Shown piece after piece: positions 40,001 through 50,513 of a stretch of 64,000 nt of DNA; the first letter of the stretch is position 1, and every line of letters starts with the position of its first letter. A program made the position numbers and the translations under genes. The stretch covers positions 192,001 through 256,000 of the forward strand of contig CAWJGT010000019.1 of NCBI GenBank assembly GCA_963842525.1, written 5' to 3'. The notes beneath the pieces are model-generated. The model did not search any database, had not been told where the DNA came from, and worked only from the letters and a program-made list of their open reading frames with translations. This DNA comes from an uncultured Holophagales bacterium (GTDB lineage: Bacteria; Acidobacteriota; Thermoanaerobaculia; Multivoradales; UBA5704).

Positions 40001-40657
40001 GTGAAGATCCGCGGCTTCCGGATCGAGCTGGGCGAGGTCGAGACCGTGCTGGCTCGCCACCCGCAGGTACGTGACGCCGCCGTTGTCGCCAGGGCGGCCA
40101 AGACGGCAAAGCCGGGCGGGGCGGACGGGCACCGACTCGTCGCCTATGTGGTGCCTCAAACGGAGCCGGCGGATTTCGACGAGATCCGGGCCTACCTCAA
40201 GCAGAAGCTCCCCGAGTTCATGGTGCCGGCGGCGTTCGTCGAGATGCGGGAGCTGCCGCTCAACGCCAACGGCAAGCTCGACCAGGCGGCGCTGCCCGAG
40301 CCGGACCTCCAGACCGTTTCGCGCGCCTATGTGCCGGCGCGCACGGAGGTCGAGCAGCTTCTGGCGGAGATCTACGGGGACCTCCTGAAGGTCGAGAGGG
40401 TGGGGATCCACGACAACTTCTTCGAGCTGGGCGGGCACTCCCTGCTCGGCACACGGCTGATGGCGCAGGTCCGGGAGACCTTCGGCGTCGATCTCAAGGT
40501 GCGGACGCTGTTCGAGATGCCCACGGTTGCGGAGATGTCCGTGGCGATCGCGCAGTCGCTGATGGAGGGGACCGACGACGAGGCGCTGGCGGCGGTGCTG
40601 GCCGAGCTCGAGCAGGACGAGATGCACGCGGAGGCCCTGGAAGGGGAACCGGCATGA
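34040..40657 (+). CDS. NRPS 2: C-A-T, C-A(Pro-clade, D235C)-T
   Basis: ATGA overlap with NRPS 1; two sets of C, A and T core motifs; closely mirrors modules 1 and 3 of NRPS 1. Confidence 0.96.
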   Translation: MNERARVLEGLSTDQRHALLERLREKKLAQRGPGIRPRPAGLRTLPLSFAQERLWFLDQLEKGSATYNLLFGVRLTGRLDRRALQRTLVELVRRHESLRTTFGQREGRAFQTIAPSAAPPLPWIDVAGLPEAAGAAELLRILRDEALLPFDLERGPLLRCKLLRFSPEDHALAVAMHHIVSDGWSMAVFLREMSDLYAAFAAGRPSPLPEPGLQYADFAVWQREHLSGAALDAEIAWWRQRLDGLPVLELPVDRPRPARQSHRGESVRLTLDPAVTARIYALGHREGATPFMILLAVWKALLLRTTGQTDFAVGSPVANREHAEIANLIGFFVNTLVLRTDLSGGPGFRALLGRVRATSIAAYDHAELPFEKLVEHLQPERSGGRNPLVQVICVMQNHSWPELRIGDVQLKLLEFGTQIAKFNLSLGWSEEDGRLEGGLEYATDLYEAATIERMLGHYRMLLDGVLDDLETDVTELPLFAAAERRQLLGEASGPAHDRHAGIDGRCIHHRIEEQAARTPEAPAVEDLTYRELNARANRLAWWLRAHGVGPEARVAVLFERSPEMVVAALGAFKAGAAYVPLDPTYPAERLGFLATDSQAGVDRPVIVTREDLVRLLPEETQQRARIIRLDADAEDLARQEAGNPPSSVTPENLCYIIYTSGSTGRPKGSALPHATLSRLVDWHREAFGVTPADRASWIASPAFDPAVWEVWSCLCCGAWLRIPDERVRSEPARLAAWLADEGITFAYMPTPLAEAVFPGPWPEDLRLRALTLGGDRLVRRPPAEATFEVYNLYGPAECTVNSTFGLVEPHGTDLPHLGTPVAGVRVYVADPWGSLAPAGIPGEIWVGGAGIGRGYLDRPVWTAERFVPDGFGDGIGERLYRTGDLGRRRPGGPLEFLGRIDHQVKIRGIRVELGEVEAILQEHPEVGTCVVIARQDRPGDKALVAYLTRAEGVAEGPDPGELRRHLATRLPAAMVPSAFVVLDALPLNPNGKVDRRALARLEPPADDARASSAGEHVPPRTATEEILAAIWADLLGVERVGVHDSFFDLGGHSLLGVQVLSRLRTLFRVELSVRTLFEEPTLEGFAAQVDAALRASAGTAAPPLERVPRQDRQRVVLSFAQERLWFLEQLEPGTAFYNIPAATRLAGPLRVDVLRGGFAELVRRHESLRTTFGEEHGQAFQVIAPAAAAEMPLIDLASLPQVPDNPVRGAELLRLATAEVRRSFDLQRGPLVRTTLFRVTPEDHVLVSTMHHIVSDGWSMTVLVREMAELYGAFAAGLPSPLPELPIQYADYAVWQRSYLQGVVLEAEIEWWRARLAGVPALQLPTDRPRPPVETFRGRQRPSGLSAGLTGALQELSRGEGVSLFMTLLAAFQTMLFRYSGQTDLAVGSPIANRNRSETEEVIGFFANTLVLRTDLSGDPSFRELLARVREVTLGAYAHENLPFEKIVMELQPDRDMSRNPLFQAMCVLQNQPFRAAPLRDLEISGLSLDTATAKFDLTLFWQETGGVLSALLEHNTDLFDDATAWRMYEHCVAILRAGVEDPDQRVGALPLLAEAERHQLLREWSGPASSTDWAGRCVHHQVEEQVARTPGGVAVIDGGRSLTYAELHARANRLAHGLRRHGVGPESLVGICVERSLEMVVAGLAVAKAGGALVALDPAYPRERLATIIDDAGLAVLLTQEALLESFPQHEHIALLYEQGADLFPEESTANPDSGVDLDHPIYAIYTSGSTGQPKGIVVTHRAFASLLAWQLDAPGLRPGARTVALSTFGFCVSFQEMLSSWCSGGTLVVADEMTRRDILGLASFLEAYGIERLHLPFAALKHLAEAFSAQTAGGGLLPSRLTEVITAGEQLQVTPAVRLLFERLPGCALSNQYGASETHVISALTLPGAPGEWPAIPPVGRPVARVRIHLLDAGLQPVPVGVAGELFAGGVCPPRCYLNDPVLTAQKLVPDPYSAEPGARLYRTGDAARYLADGRIEYYGRIDTQVKIRGFRIELGEVETVLARHPQVRDAAVVARAAKTAKPGGADGHRLVAYVVPQTEPADFDEIRAYLKQKLPEFMVPAAFVEMRELPLNANGKLDQAALPEPDLQTVSRAYVPARTEVEQLLAEIYGDLLKVERVGIHDNFFELGGHSLLGTRLMAQVRETFGVDLKVRTLFEMPTVAEMSVAIAQSLMEGTDDEALAAVLAELEQDEMHAEALEGEPA

Positions 40658-43600
40658 TGGAGAGAGCGAAGGTCCTGGCGGACCTGCCGGCCGGCAAGCG
40701 CGAGGCGCTGCTGCACCTGCTGCGGGAGCGGAAGCTCGCCCAGCGGCGGCCGGAGATCCGGCCCCGCCCGGCGGAGCTCGTCCGCGTGCCGCTGTCCTTC
40801 TCCCAGGAGCGTCTCTGGTTCCTGGAGCAGCTCGAACGCGGGACCGCCACCTACAACCTCCCATACTGCGTACACCTGGCGGGACGCCTCGACCTGGACG
40901 CCCTGCGGCGCACCCTGGCGGAGGTGGTGCGCCGGCACGAGTCGCTGCGCACCACCTTCGGCCAGAGCGAAGGCAGGCCCTTCCAGGCCGTGGGATGCCC
41001 CTGGGCCCCCGCACTGCCGCTGATCGACCTCTCCGCGGTCACCCCCGTCGCCGATATCGCCGACATCGCCAATCACTCCGCCGCGGTGTACACAGCGGAG
41101 CTGCGGCGCCTGTTCGCGCTGCAGGCATGGCAGCCCTTCGATCTGGAGCATGGACCGCTGCTGCGTTGCCAGCTCTTCCGCCTCGGGCCGGAGGACCACG
41201 CCTTCGCCCTGACCATGCACCACATCGTCTCCGACGGCTGGTCCATGACCGTCTTCCTGCGCGAGATCTCGGCGGTCTACAGCGCGTTCTGCGCCGGCCG
41301 GCCCTCGCCGCTGCCGGAGCCGCAGATCCAGTACCCCGACTTCGCCGTCTGGCAGCGGCAGCACCTGAGCGGCGCGGCTCTCGACGCCGCGCTCTCCTGG
41401 TGGCGCGAGCGGCTGGCCGGCGTGCCGGCGCTCGAGCTGCCCACCGACCGGCCGCGGCCGCCCGTCCAGAGCCATCGCGGCGCGGGGTTGCTGCAGACGC
41501 TCGATCCCGCGGTCACGGGCCTCCTGCGCGAGCTCGGCAACCGGCAGGGGGCGACGCCGTTCATGGTCCTGCTGGCTCTCTGGCAGGTGCTGCTCCTCCG
41601 TTACAGCGGCCAGGACGATTTCGCGGTGGGGACCCCGGTGGCCAACCGCGACCACTTCGAGGTCGCGGACCTGATCGGATTCTTCGTCAACACCCTGGCG
41701 CTGCGCACCCGCCTGGCGGGCGGTATCGGCTTCCTCGAGCTCCTCGGCCGGGTGCGCCAGGTGGCCGTCGAGGCCTACGACCACGCCGAGCTGCCGTTCG
41801 AGAAGCTCGTCGAGCATCTCCAGCCCGAGCGGTCGGCGGACCGCAACCCGCTCGTCCAGGTGTTCTGCATGATGCAGACCCAGTCGTGGCCGGACCTCCG
41901 CCTCGGCGATGTCCTGCTCTCCCCGATGGATCTCGGCACCGGAACCTCCAAGTTCGAGCTGAGCCTGGGCTGGACCGAGAACAAGGGGTGCTTCCTCGGC
42001 GCCCTCAACTACAGCACCAACCTGTTCGACCGGGCCACCGCCGAACGCATGCTGCGCCACTACGTGACGCTGGTCGGCTCCGTGCTGGCCGATCCCTACC
42101 GGAGTGTGACGGAGCTCTCTCCTCGACGACGCCGAGCGCCGCGCGCTCCTCGCCGAGGCGGCCGGACCTGCCCTCGATACGACGGCCGGCCGGTGCGTCC
42201 ACCACCGCGTCGAGGAGCACGCGGCGTGTGCTCCCGAGGCTCCCGCGGTGGAGGACCTGACCTACCGCGAGCTCAACGAGCGCGCCAACCGGCTGGCCCG
42301 GTGGCTGCGCTCCCAGAGCATCGGTCCCGAGGCGCGGGTCGGCGTGCTCTTCGAGCGCTCGCCCGAGATGGTGGTGGCCGCGCTGGGTGTGCTCAAGTCG
42401 GGAGCCGCGTACGTGCCGCTCGATCCCTCCTATCCGGCGGACCGTCTCGGGTTCATCCTCGCCGATTCGCAGATGGGAGTGGAGCGGCCCCTGCTGGTGA
42501 CGCGCGAGGGTCTGGTCGGGTTGCTGCCGAAGACATCGGAAGACACCGCGCGCCGGGCGCGGATCGTCTGTCTGGACGCCGACGAGGAGGAGCTGGCGCG
42601 GCAGGACGCCGGGAACCCGCCGGCCCTGGCCGGGCCGGACAACCTGGCTTACGTGATGTACACCTCCGGCTCGACGGGCAGGCCCAAGGGCTCGGCCGTC
42701 ACTCACGCCTGCCTCGCCAACCTGGTGGACTGGCACCGGGAGACGTTCCGCGTAACCCCGGCCGACCGTACGACCCAGGTCGCGAATCCGGCCTTCGATC
42801 CGGTGGTCTGGGAGCTCTGGTCGTGCCTCTCCTGCGGGGCCTGGCTGCGGATCCCGGAAGAGGGTGTGCGCTCCGATCCCGCGCGCTTGGTCGATTGGCT
42901 GGCCGCCGAAGAGATCACCATGAGCTATCTCCCCACGCCCCTGGCGGAGGCGGCGCTGGCTGCCCCATGGCCGGTGGAGATGCGCCTGCGGACGCTCTTC
43001 ACGGGCGGCGACCGCCTGATCCGCCGGCCTCCCGCGGGGGCGGCGTACGAGATGATCAACTGCTACGGGCCGGCGGAGTGCACGGTGATTTCCACGGTGA
43101 GCTGCGTCGAGCCCCCGGGGCAGGGGCAGTTACCGGGGCTGCCGTCCATCGGAACACCCGTCTCCTGCGCTCGGGTCTATCTGGTGGACCTCTGGGGGAA
43201 CCTGGCCCCGGCCGGCGTGCCCGGAGAGGTCTGGATCGGCGGCCGTGGGACAGGGCGGGGCTACCTGGGCCGGCCGGACTGGACCGCCGAGCGCTTCGTG
43301 CCGGACCCGTTTGGCGGATGGAGGGGAGAGCGGTTGTACCGTACCGGCGATCTGGCGCGGCGCCGGCCGGGGGGAGCTCGAGTTCCTCGGGAGGATCGAC
43401 CATCAGGTCAAGGTGCGCGGTATCCGCATCGAGCTGGGAGAGATCGAGGCGGGTCTGCTGGAGCATCCGGAGGTCGGCGGCTGCGCGGTGATCGCGCGGC
43501 AGGACCGGCCTGGGGAGCGGAGCCTGGTGGCCTATGTGGTTCCTTCCGGGGAGGCGGCGGGCGCCGAGTCCGTTTCCGTGGCTCCGAGCCCCGCCGAGCT

Positions 43601-46600
43601 CCGCCGCTTCCTGGCGCAGCGGCTCCCGGCGGCCATGGTGCCCTCCGGCTTCGTGATGCTCGAGGCCCTCCCCTTGAGCCCCAATGGCAAGGTCGACCGC
43701 CGCGCTCTAGCGCGCCGGGAGCCTCCCACCGACGCGGCGCGGGCCTCGGCCGCCTGCGAGCACGTGCCGCCGCGCACCCCCACCCAGGAGATCCTCGCAG
43801 CGGTCTGGTCGGAGCTCCTCGGGGCCGAGCGCGTCGGCGCCAGCGACAGCTTCTTCGAGCTGGGCGGCCACTCCCTGCTCGGCGTCCAGGTCCTGTCGCG
43901 CCTGCGCACCCTGCTGCGGGTCGAGCTGCCGGTCCGCACCCTGTTCGAGGAGCCGACGCTCGAGGGCTTCGCGGCCCGAGTGGACATGGCGCTCCGAGAA
44001 GGAGCTGCGACCGCGGCGCCTCCGCTCCAGCAGGTCCCACGGGAAGAGCACCAAGGGAGATCACCGCTCTCCTTCGCCCAGGAGCGGCTCTGGTTCCTCG
44101 AGCGGCTGCAGCCGGGCACGGCCTTCTACAACATCCCTTCCGCCACGCGCTTCGCGGGGCCGCTGCGGGTCGACGTCCTGCGCCGCGGCTTCGCGGAGCT
44201 GGTGCGCCGCCACGAGTCGCTGCGCACCACCTTCGGCGAGGAGAGCGGCCGGGCCTTCCAGGCCGTCGCGCCCGCTGGCTCCGCCGAGATGCCGTTGATC
44301 GATCTGGCCTCTCTGCCGCAGGCACCGGACAACCCGCTGCGTGAAGCCGAGCTGCTGCGCTGCGCCACCGGCGAGGCGAGGCGCCCCTTCGACCTCCAGC
44401 GCGGCCCGCTCGTCCGCGCGCCGCTCTTCCGGCTCGCGCCGCAGGACCATGTCCTGGTGGCGACCATGCACCACATCGTCTCCGACGGCTGGTCCATGAC
44501 CGTCCTGATCCGCGAGATGGCGACGCTCTACGAGGCGTTCTGCGACGGTCTTCCGTCGCCCCTGCCCGCGCTGCCCGTCCAGTACGCCGACTACGCCGCC
44601 TGGCAGCGCGGCTGGCTCCAGGGAGAGGTGCTTGCGGCCGAGGTCGCGTGGTGGCGCGAGCGCCTGGCCGGGCTGGAGGTCCTCCAGCTCCCGACCGACC
44701 GCCCGCGCCCGCCGGTCGAGACCTTCCGCGGCCGGCAGCGCACCGCCTGGGTCTCGGCCGAGCTCACCCGCGGCCTCCACGAGCTGAGCCGGCGCGAGGG
44801 GGTCAGCCTTTTCATGACCCTGCTCGCCGCCTTCCAGACGCTGCTCTTCCGCTACAGCGGGCAGACCGACCTGCCGGTGGGCTCGCCCATCGCCAACCGC
44901 AACCGCAGCGAGACCGAAGGGGTTATTGGTTTCTTCGTCAACACCCTGGTGCTGCGCACCGACCTGTCCGGCGAGCCGACGTTCCGCGAGCTGCTGGCAC
45001 GGGTGCGGGAGGTGACCCTGGGGGCCTACGCCCACGAGAGCCTCCCCTTCGAGAAGGTCGTCCTGGAGCTCCAGCCGGAGCGCGACATGAGCCGCAACCC
45101 GCTCTTCCAGGTGATGTGCGTGCTGCAGAACCAGCCGCTCAAGGCGACGCCGCTGCGCGGCCTGGAGATCTCGGGGCTCGGCCTCGATACGGCGACGGCG
45201 AAGTTCGACCTGACCCTGGCCTGGAGCGAGGCGGGGGGCGCCCTCGGCGCGCTGCTGGAGCACAACACCGACCTGTTCGACGACGCCACGGCCTGGCGGA
45301 TGTACGAGCACTGCGTCGCCCTCCTCCGCGCCGGCGTGGAGGATCCGGACCGCCGGGTCGGCGCCCTGCCGCTCCTCGGCGAGGCCGAGCGCCGCCAGCT
45401 CCTCGCCGAGGCGGCAGGGCCAAGCTGGAGTGGGGAGGGCGGATGCGTCCACCACCGGGTGGAGGAGCATGCGGCGCGTACCCCCGAATCCCCGGCCGTG
45501 GAAGACCTCACCTACCGGGATCTCAACGAGCGCGCCAACCGGCTGGCCGGGTGGCTGCGCGCGCACGGGGTCGGTCCCGAGGCGCGGGTCGCGGTGCTGC
45601 TGGAGCGCTCGCCGGAGATCGTGGTGGCCGCGCTGGGCGTGCTCAAGGCGGGAGCGGCGTACGTGCCGCTCGACCCCTCCTATCCGGCGGAGCGTCTGGC
45701 CTTCCTCCTGGCCGACTCGCAGGCGGGCCCCAGGGGGATAGACCGGACGGACCGGCCGGTGGTGGTGACGCTCGAGGGATTGACCCGGCTCCTGCCTGAT
45801 CAGACGGCGCGGATCGTCCGCCTTGACGCCGACGCCGGCGAGCTGGCCCGCTACGGCCCCGGCAACCCGCCGCCGTTCGCCGCACCGGATAACCTGGCCT
45901 ACGTGGTCTACACCTCGGGCTCGACCGGCCAGCCCAAGGGCGCAATGGTCTCTCATGCCAATCTCGCTCACCTGGTCGACTGGCACCGGGAGGCGTTCCA
46001 CCTGACTCCGGCCGACCGCACGACCCAGGTCGCCAACCCGGCCTTTGATGCCGCGGTCTGGGAGGTCTGGTCGTGCCTCGCCTGCGGGGCCTGGATGCGC
46101 ATCCCGGAGGAGGCCGTGCGCGCCGACCCCGCGCGTCTGGTCGCCTGGTTGGCCGCCGCGGAGATCACCGTCAGCTTCCTCCCCACGCCGCTGGCCGAAG
46201 CCGCGCTCGCCGCGGTCATCCCGGAATGGCCGGCGGGGATGCGCCTGCGGGCTCTTCTCACCGGAGGCGACCGCCTGGTCCGCCGGCCGCCTGCAGGGGC
46301 GGCCTTCGAAATGATCAACTGCTACGGGCCCGCCGAGGCGGCGGTGGTCTCCACCTGGGGCCGCCTGGCGCCTGATGCGGCAGGAATACCGTCGATCGGT
46401 CTGCCGCTCCCTCGCGCGCGGGTCCATCTCGTCGACCCCTGGGGGGACCTGGCTCCGGCCGGCGTGCCCGGGGAGATCTGGATCGGCGGACGCGGGCTCG
46501 GGCGCGGCTACGTGGGCCGGCCGGACTGGACCGCCGAGCGTTTCATGCCGGACCCGCTCGGCGGCGGACAGGGCGAGAGGCTCTACCGCACCGGCGACCT

Positions 46601-49600
46601 GGCGCGGCGCCGGCCGGGCGGGGAGATCGAGTTCCTCGGGCGCATCGACCAGCAGGTCAAGGTCCGCGGCGTCCGCATCGAGCTGGGAGAGGTGGAGGCG
46701 GCTCTCCTGGAGCATCCGGAGGTCGGCGGCTGTGCCGTGATCCTGCGGCAGGATCGGCCGGGGGAGCGCGGCCTGGTCGCCTACGTGGTGCCGGCGAGCG
46801 CCTCCCTGGTCTCACCCTCCGACCTCCGCCGCTTCCTGGCAGAGAGGCTGCCGGTCGCCCTGGTGCCCTCGGCCTTCGTGGCGCTCGAAGCCCTGCCGCT
46901 CAACCCGAACGGCAAAGTGGACCGCCGCGCCCTGGCGCGTCTGGAGGCGCCCGCCGGCTCCACGTCCGCCGCCGAGCACGTACCGCCGCGCACCGTCACG
47001 GAAGAGATCGTCGCGGCCATCTGGGCCGACCTCCTGGGGGCCGAGCGCGTGGGTATCGACGACGACTTCTTCGCGCTGGGCGGCCACTCGCTGCTGGGGA
47101 TCCAGGTCCTGTCGCGCCTGCGCACCGCCTTCGGCGTGGAGCTGCCGGTGCGCGCGCTCTTCGAGGAGCCGGTGCTCGAGGGCTTCTCGGCTCATATCGA
47201 CGCGACGTTGCGCGACAGCGCCGCCGTTGCGGCGCCACCCCTCGAAAGGACGCCGCGCACGGGGCGGCTGCCGCTCTCCTTCGCCCAGGAGCGGCTCTGG
47301 TTCCTCGAGCAGCTCGAGCCGGGCACGGCCTTCTACAACATTCCCTCCGTCACCCGCTTCCGCGGGCCGCTGCGGGTCGACGTCCTGCGCCGCGGCTTCG
47401 CGGAGATCATGCGCCGCCACGAGTCGCTGCGCACCACCTTCGGCGAGGAGCACGGCCAGGCCTTCCAGGTCATCGTGTCCGAGGTCCCGTCGGAGATGCC
47501 GGTGATCGATCTGGCGGCGCTTCCCGGCACGGCGCGCCTGTCGCGCCTGTCGCAGGATACCGAGCTGCTGCGCCTCGCCACCGGCGAGGTCCGGAGCCCG
47601 TTCGATCTGCAGCGCGGCCGGCTCGTCCGTGCGCTGCTCATCCGCGTGGCGCCGCAGGACCACGTCCTGGTCGCGACCATGCACCACATCATCTCCGATG
47701 GCTGGTCGATGACCGTCCTGATCCGCGAGATGGGCACGCTCTACGAGGCCTTCTCCGGCGAGCGCCCGTCCCCCCTGCCCGAGCTGCCCGTCCAGTACGC
47801 CGACTATGCCGCCTGGCAGCGCGGCTGTCTCCAGGGGGAGGTGCTCGCGGCCGAGGTCGAGTGGTGGCGGGCGCGTCTGACCGGGGTGACAGCGCTCCAG
47901 CTCCCGACCGACCGGCCGCGTCCGCCGGTCGAGACCTTCCGCGGCCGGCAGCGCTCCGTCCGGCTCCCGGCCGAGCTCGCCGGAGCTCTCCACGCGCTGA
48001 GCCGCGGCGAAGGGGTGAGCCTCTTCATGACCCTGCTCGCCGCCTTCCAGACGACGCTCTTCCGCTACAGCGGCCAGACCGATCTGGCGGTGGGCTCGCC
48101 GATCGCCAACCGCAACCGCAGCGAGACCGAAGGGGTCATCGGCTTCTTCGCCAACACCCTGGTGCTACGCACCAACCTGTCCGGCGATCCGACCTTTCGC
48201 GAGGTGCTGGCGCGGGTGCGTGAGGTGACTCTCGGCGCCTACGCCCACGAAAACCTCCCCTTCGAAAAGGTTGTGATGGAGCTCCAGCCGGAGCGCGACA
48301 TGAGCCGCAATCCGCTGTTCCAGGTGATGTGCGTCCTCCAGAACCAGCCGTGGAAGGCGGCGCCGTTGCGCGACCTGGAGATCTCGGGGCTCAGCCTCGA
48401 CACGGCGACGGCGAAGTTCGACCTGACCTTGTTCTGGCAGGAGGTGGGAGGCACCCTCGGCGGACTGCTGGAGCACAACACCGACCTGTTCGACGACGCC
48501 ACGGCGTGGCGGATGTACGAGCACTGCGTGGCCATCCTGCGCGCCGGCGCGCAGGACCCGGACCAGCGGGTCGGCGCTCTGCCGCTGCTCGCCGAGGCCG
48601 AGCGGCACCAGCTCCTGCGCGAGTGGAGCGGGCCGGCCAGCGCGCCAGACTGGGTGGGCCGCTGCATCCATCACCAGGTCGAGGAGCAGGTGGCGCGTAC
48701 GCCCGGGGCCACAGCCGTGATCGACGGCGAGCGGTCGCTGACCTACGCCGAGCTCAACGCCCGGGCCAACCGCTTGGCCCATGGCCTGCGCCGGCGCGGG
48801 GTGGGGCCGGAGTCGTTGGTGGGCATCTGCGTCGAGCGCTCCCTGGAGATGGTGGTGGCAGGCCTGGCGGTGGCCAAAGCGGGCGGCGCGCTGGTCGCGC
48901 TAGACCCGGCCTATCCGCGCGAGCGGCTGGCCACGATCATCGACGACGCGGGCCTGACTGTGCTGTTGACCCAGGAGGCGCTGCTGGAGAGCTTCCCGCA
49001 GCATGCGCACACTGCACTCCTGTATGAGCGGGGGGCCGACCTGTTCCCGGAGGAGAACACGGCCGATCCAGACAGCGGCGTCGATCTGGACAACCCGATC
49101 TATGCCATCTACACGTCGGGCTCGACGGGCCAGCCGAAGGGGATCGTGGTCACCCACCGGGCTTTCTCCAGCCTGCTCGCCTGGCAACTCAACGCGCCAG
49201 GGCTGCGTCCGGGGACGCGGACGGTGGCGTTGTCGACCTTCGGCTTCTGCGTCAGCTTCCAGGAGATGTTCTCCTCCTGGTGCTCGGGCGGCATGCTGGT
49301 GGTGGCCGACGAGATGACACGGCGCGACATCATCGGGCTGGGCGCCTTCCTGGAGGAATACGGCATCGAGCGGTTGCACCTGCCGTTCGCCGCCCTCAAG
49401 CACCTGGCCGAAGCCTTCTCTGGTCAGAACCGACTGCCGTCGCGTCTGACGGAGGTGATCACGGCGGGCGAACAGCTCCAGGTCACGCCGGCGGTCCGGT
49501 CGCTGTTCGAGCGGCTGCCCGGGTGCGCGCTGTCGAACCAGTATGGGGCGTCGGAGACGCACGTGATCAGCGCTCTGACGCTGGCGGGCGCGCCCGCGGA

Positions 49601-50513
49601 GTGGCCGGCGATCCCGCCGGTGGGGCGGCCGGTGGCGCGGGTGCGCATCCACCTGCTCGATCCGGGCCTCCAGCCGGTGCCGGTGTGTGTGGCCGGTGAT
49701 CTCTATGCGGGCGGCGTCTGCCCACCTCGGTGCTATCTGAACGATCCGGTGCTGACGGCGCAGAAGCTGGTGCCCGATCCGTACGGCCTGGAGCCGGGCT
49801 CGCGCCTCTATCGCACCGGCGACGCGGCGCGCCATCTGGCCGACGGCAGCATCGAGTACCACGGCCGGATCGACACCCAGGTGAAGATCCGTGGCTTCCG
49901 GATCGAGCTCGGCGAGGTCGAGACCGTTCTGGCCCGCCAGCCGCGGGTGCGTGATGCTGCCGTGGTGGCAAAGCCGGGCGGTGCGGACGGGCACCGGCTC
50001 GTCGCCTACGTGGTGCCGCAGACGGAGCCGGCGAATTTCGACGAAATCCGGACCTACCTCAAGCAGACGTTGCCCGAGTTCATGGTGCCGTCGGCGTTCG
50101 TCGAGATGCGGGAGCTGCCGCTGAACGCCAACGGCAAGCTCGACCAGGCGGCGCTGCCCGAGCCGGACCCTCAGTTCCTGACGCGGGTCTACGTGGCCCC
50201 GCGCACCCCGGTCGAGGAGACGCTGGCCGGCCTCTACGCGAGCCTGTTGAAGGTCGAGAAGGTGGGGATCTACGACAACTTCTTCGAGCTGGGGGGGCAC
50301 TCCCTGCTCGGCACGCGCCTGATGGCCCAGGTGCGCGAGGTCTTCGGCGTCGAGATCAAGGTGCGGACGCTCTTCGAGGCGCCCACTGTCGCCGATCTGG
50401 CCGTGGCGGTCGCGCGGAAGCTCATGGACGACACCGACGACGAGGCCCTGGCGGCGGTATTCGCCGAGATCGAGCGGGAAGAGATTCTCGCGAGGAGCGA
50501 GGGCCATGGCTGA
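40654..50513 (+). CDS. NRPS 3: C-A-T, C-A(Leu-like)-T, C-A(Pro-clade, D235C)-T, interrupted by two frameshifts (about 42120 and 43372)
   Basis: ORFs 40654..43491, 42248..44344 and 43245..50513 join into one three-module protein. The shifts lie in a CTCTCT run and a G6 run. Confidence 0.9.

Larger units (their letters stand above)
30810..50513 (+). repeat. Three dispersed near-identical terminal modules of about 3.2 kb (about 30810-34043, 37390-40657, 47270-50513)
   Basis: Long identical peptide and DNA runs, e.g. [43 protein letters not shown] and TDDEALAAV, in all three. Confidence 0.9.

Noticed and set aside
42248-44344. Stand-alone A-domain gene suggested by the ORF track
   Set aside because: It is the middle piece of frameshifted NRPS 3; it starts mid-domain and loses sense after 43372.
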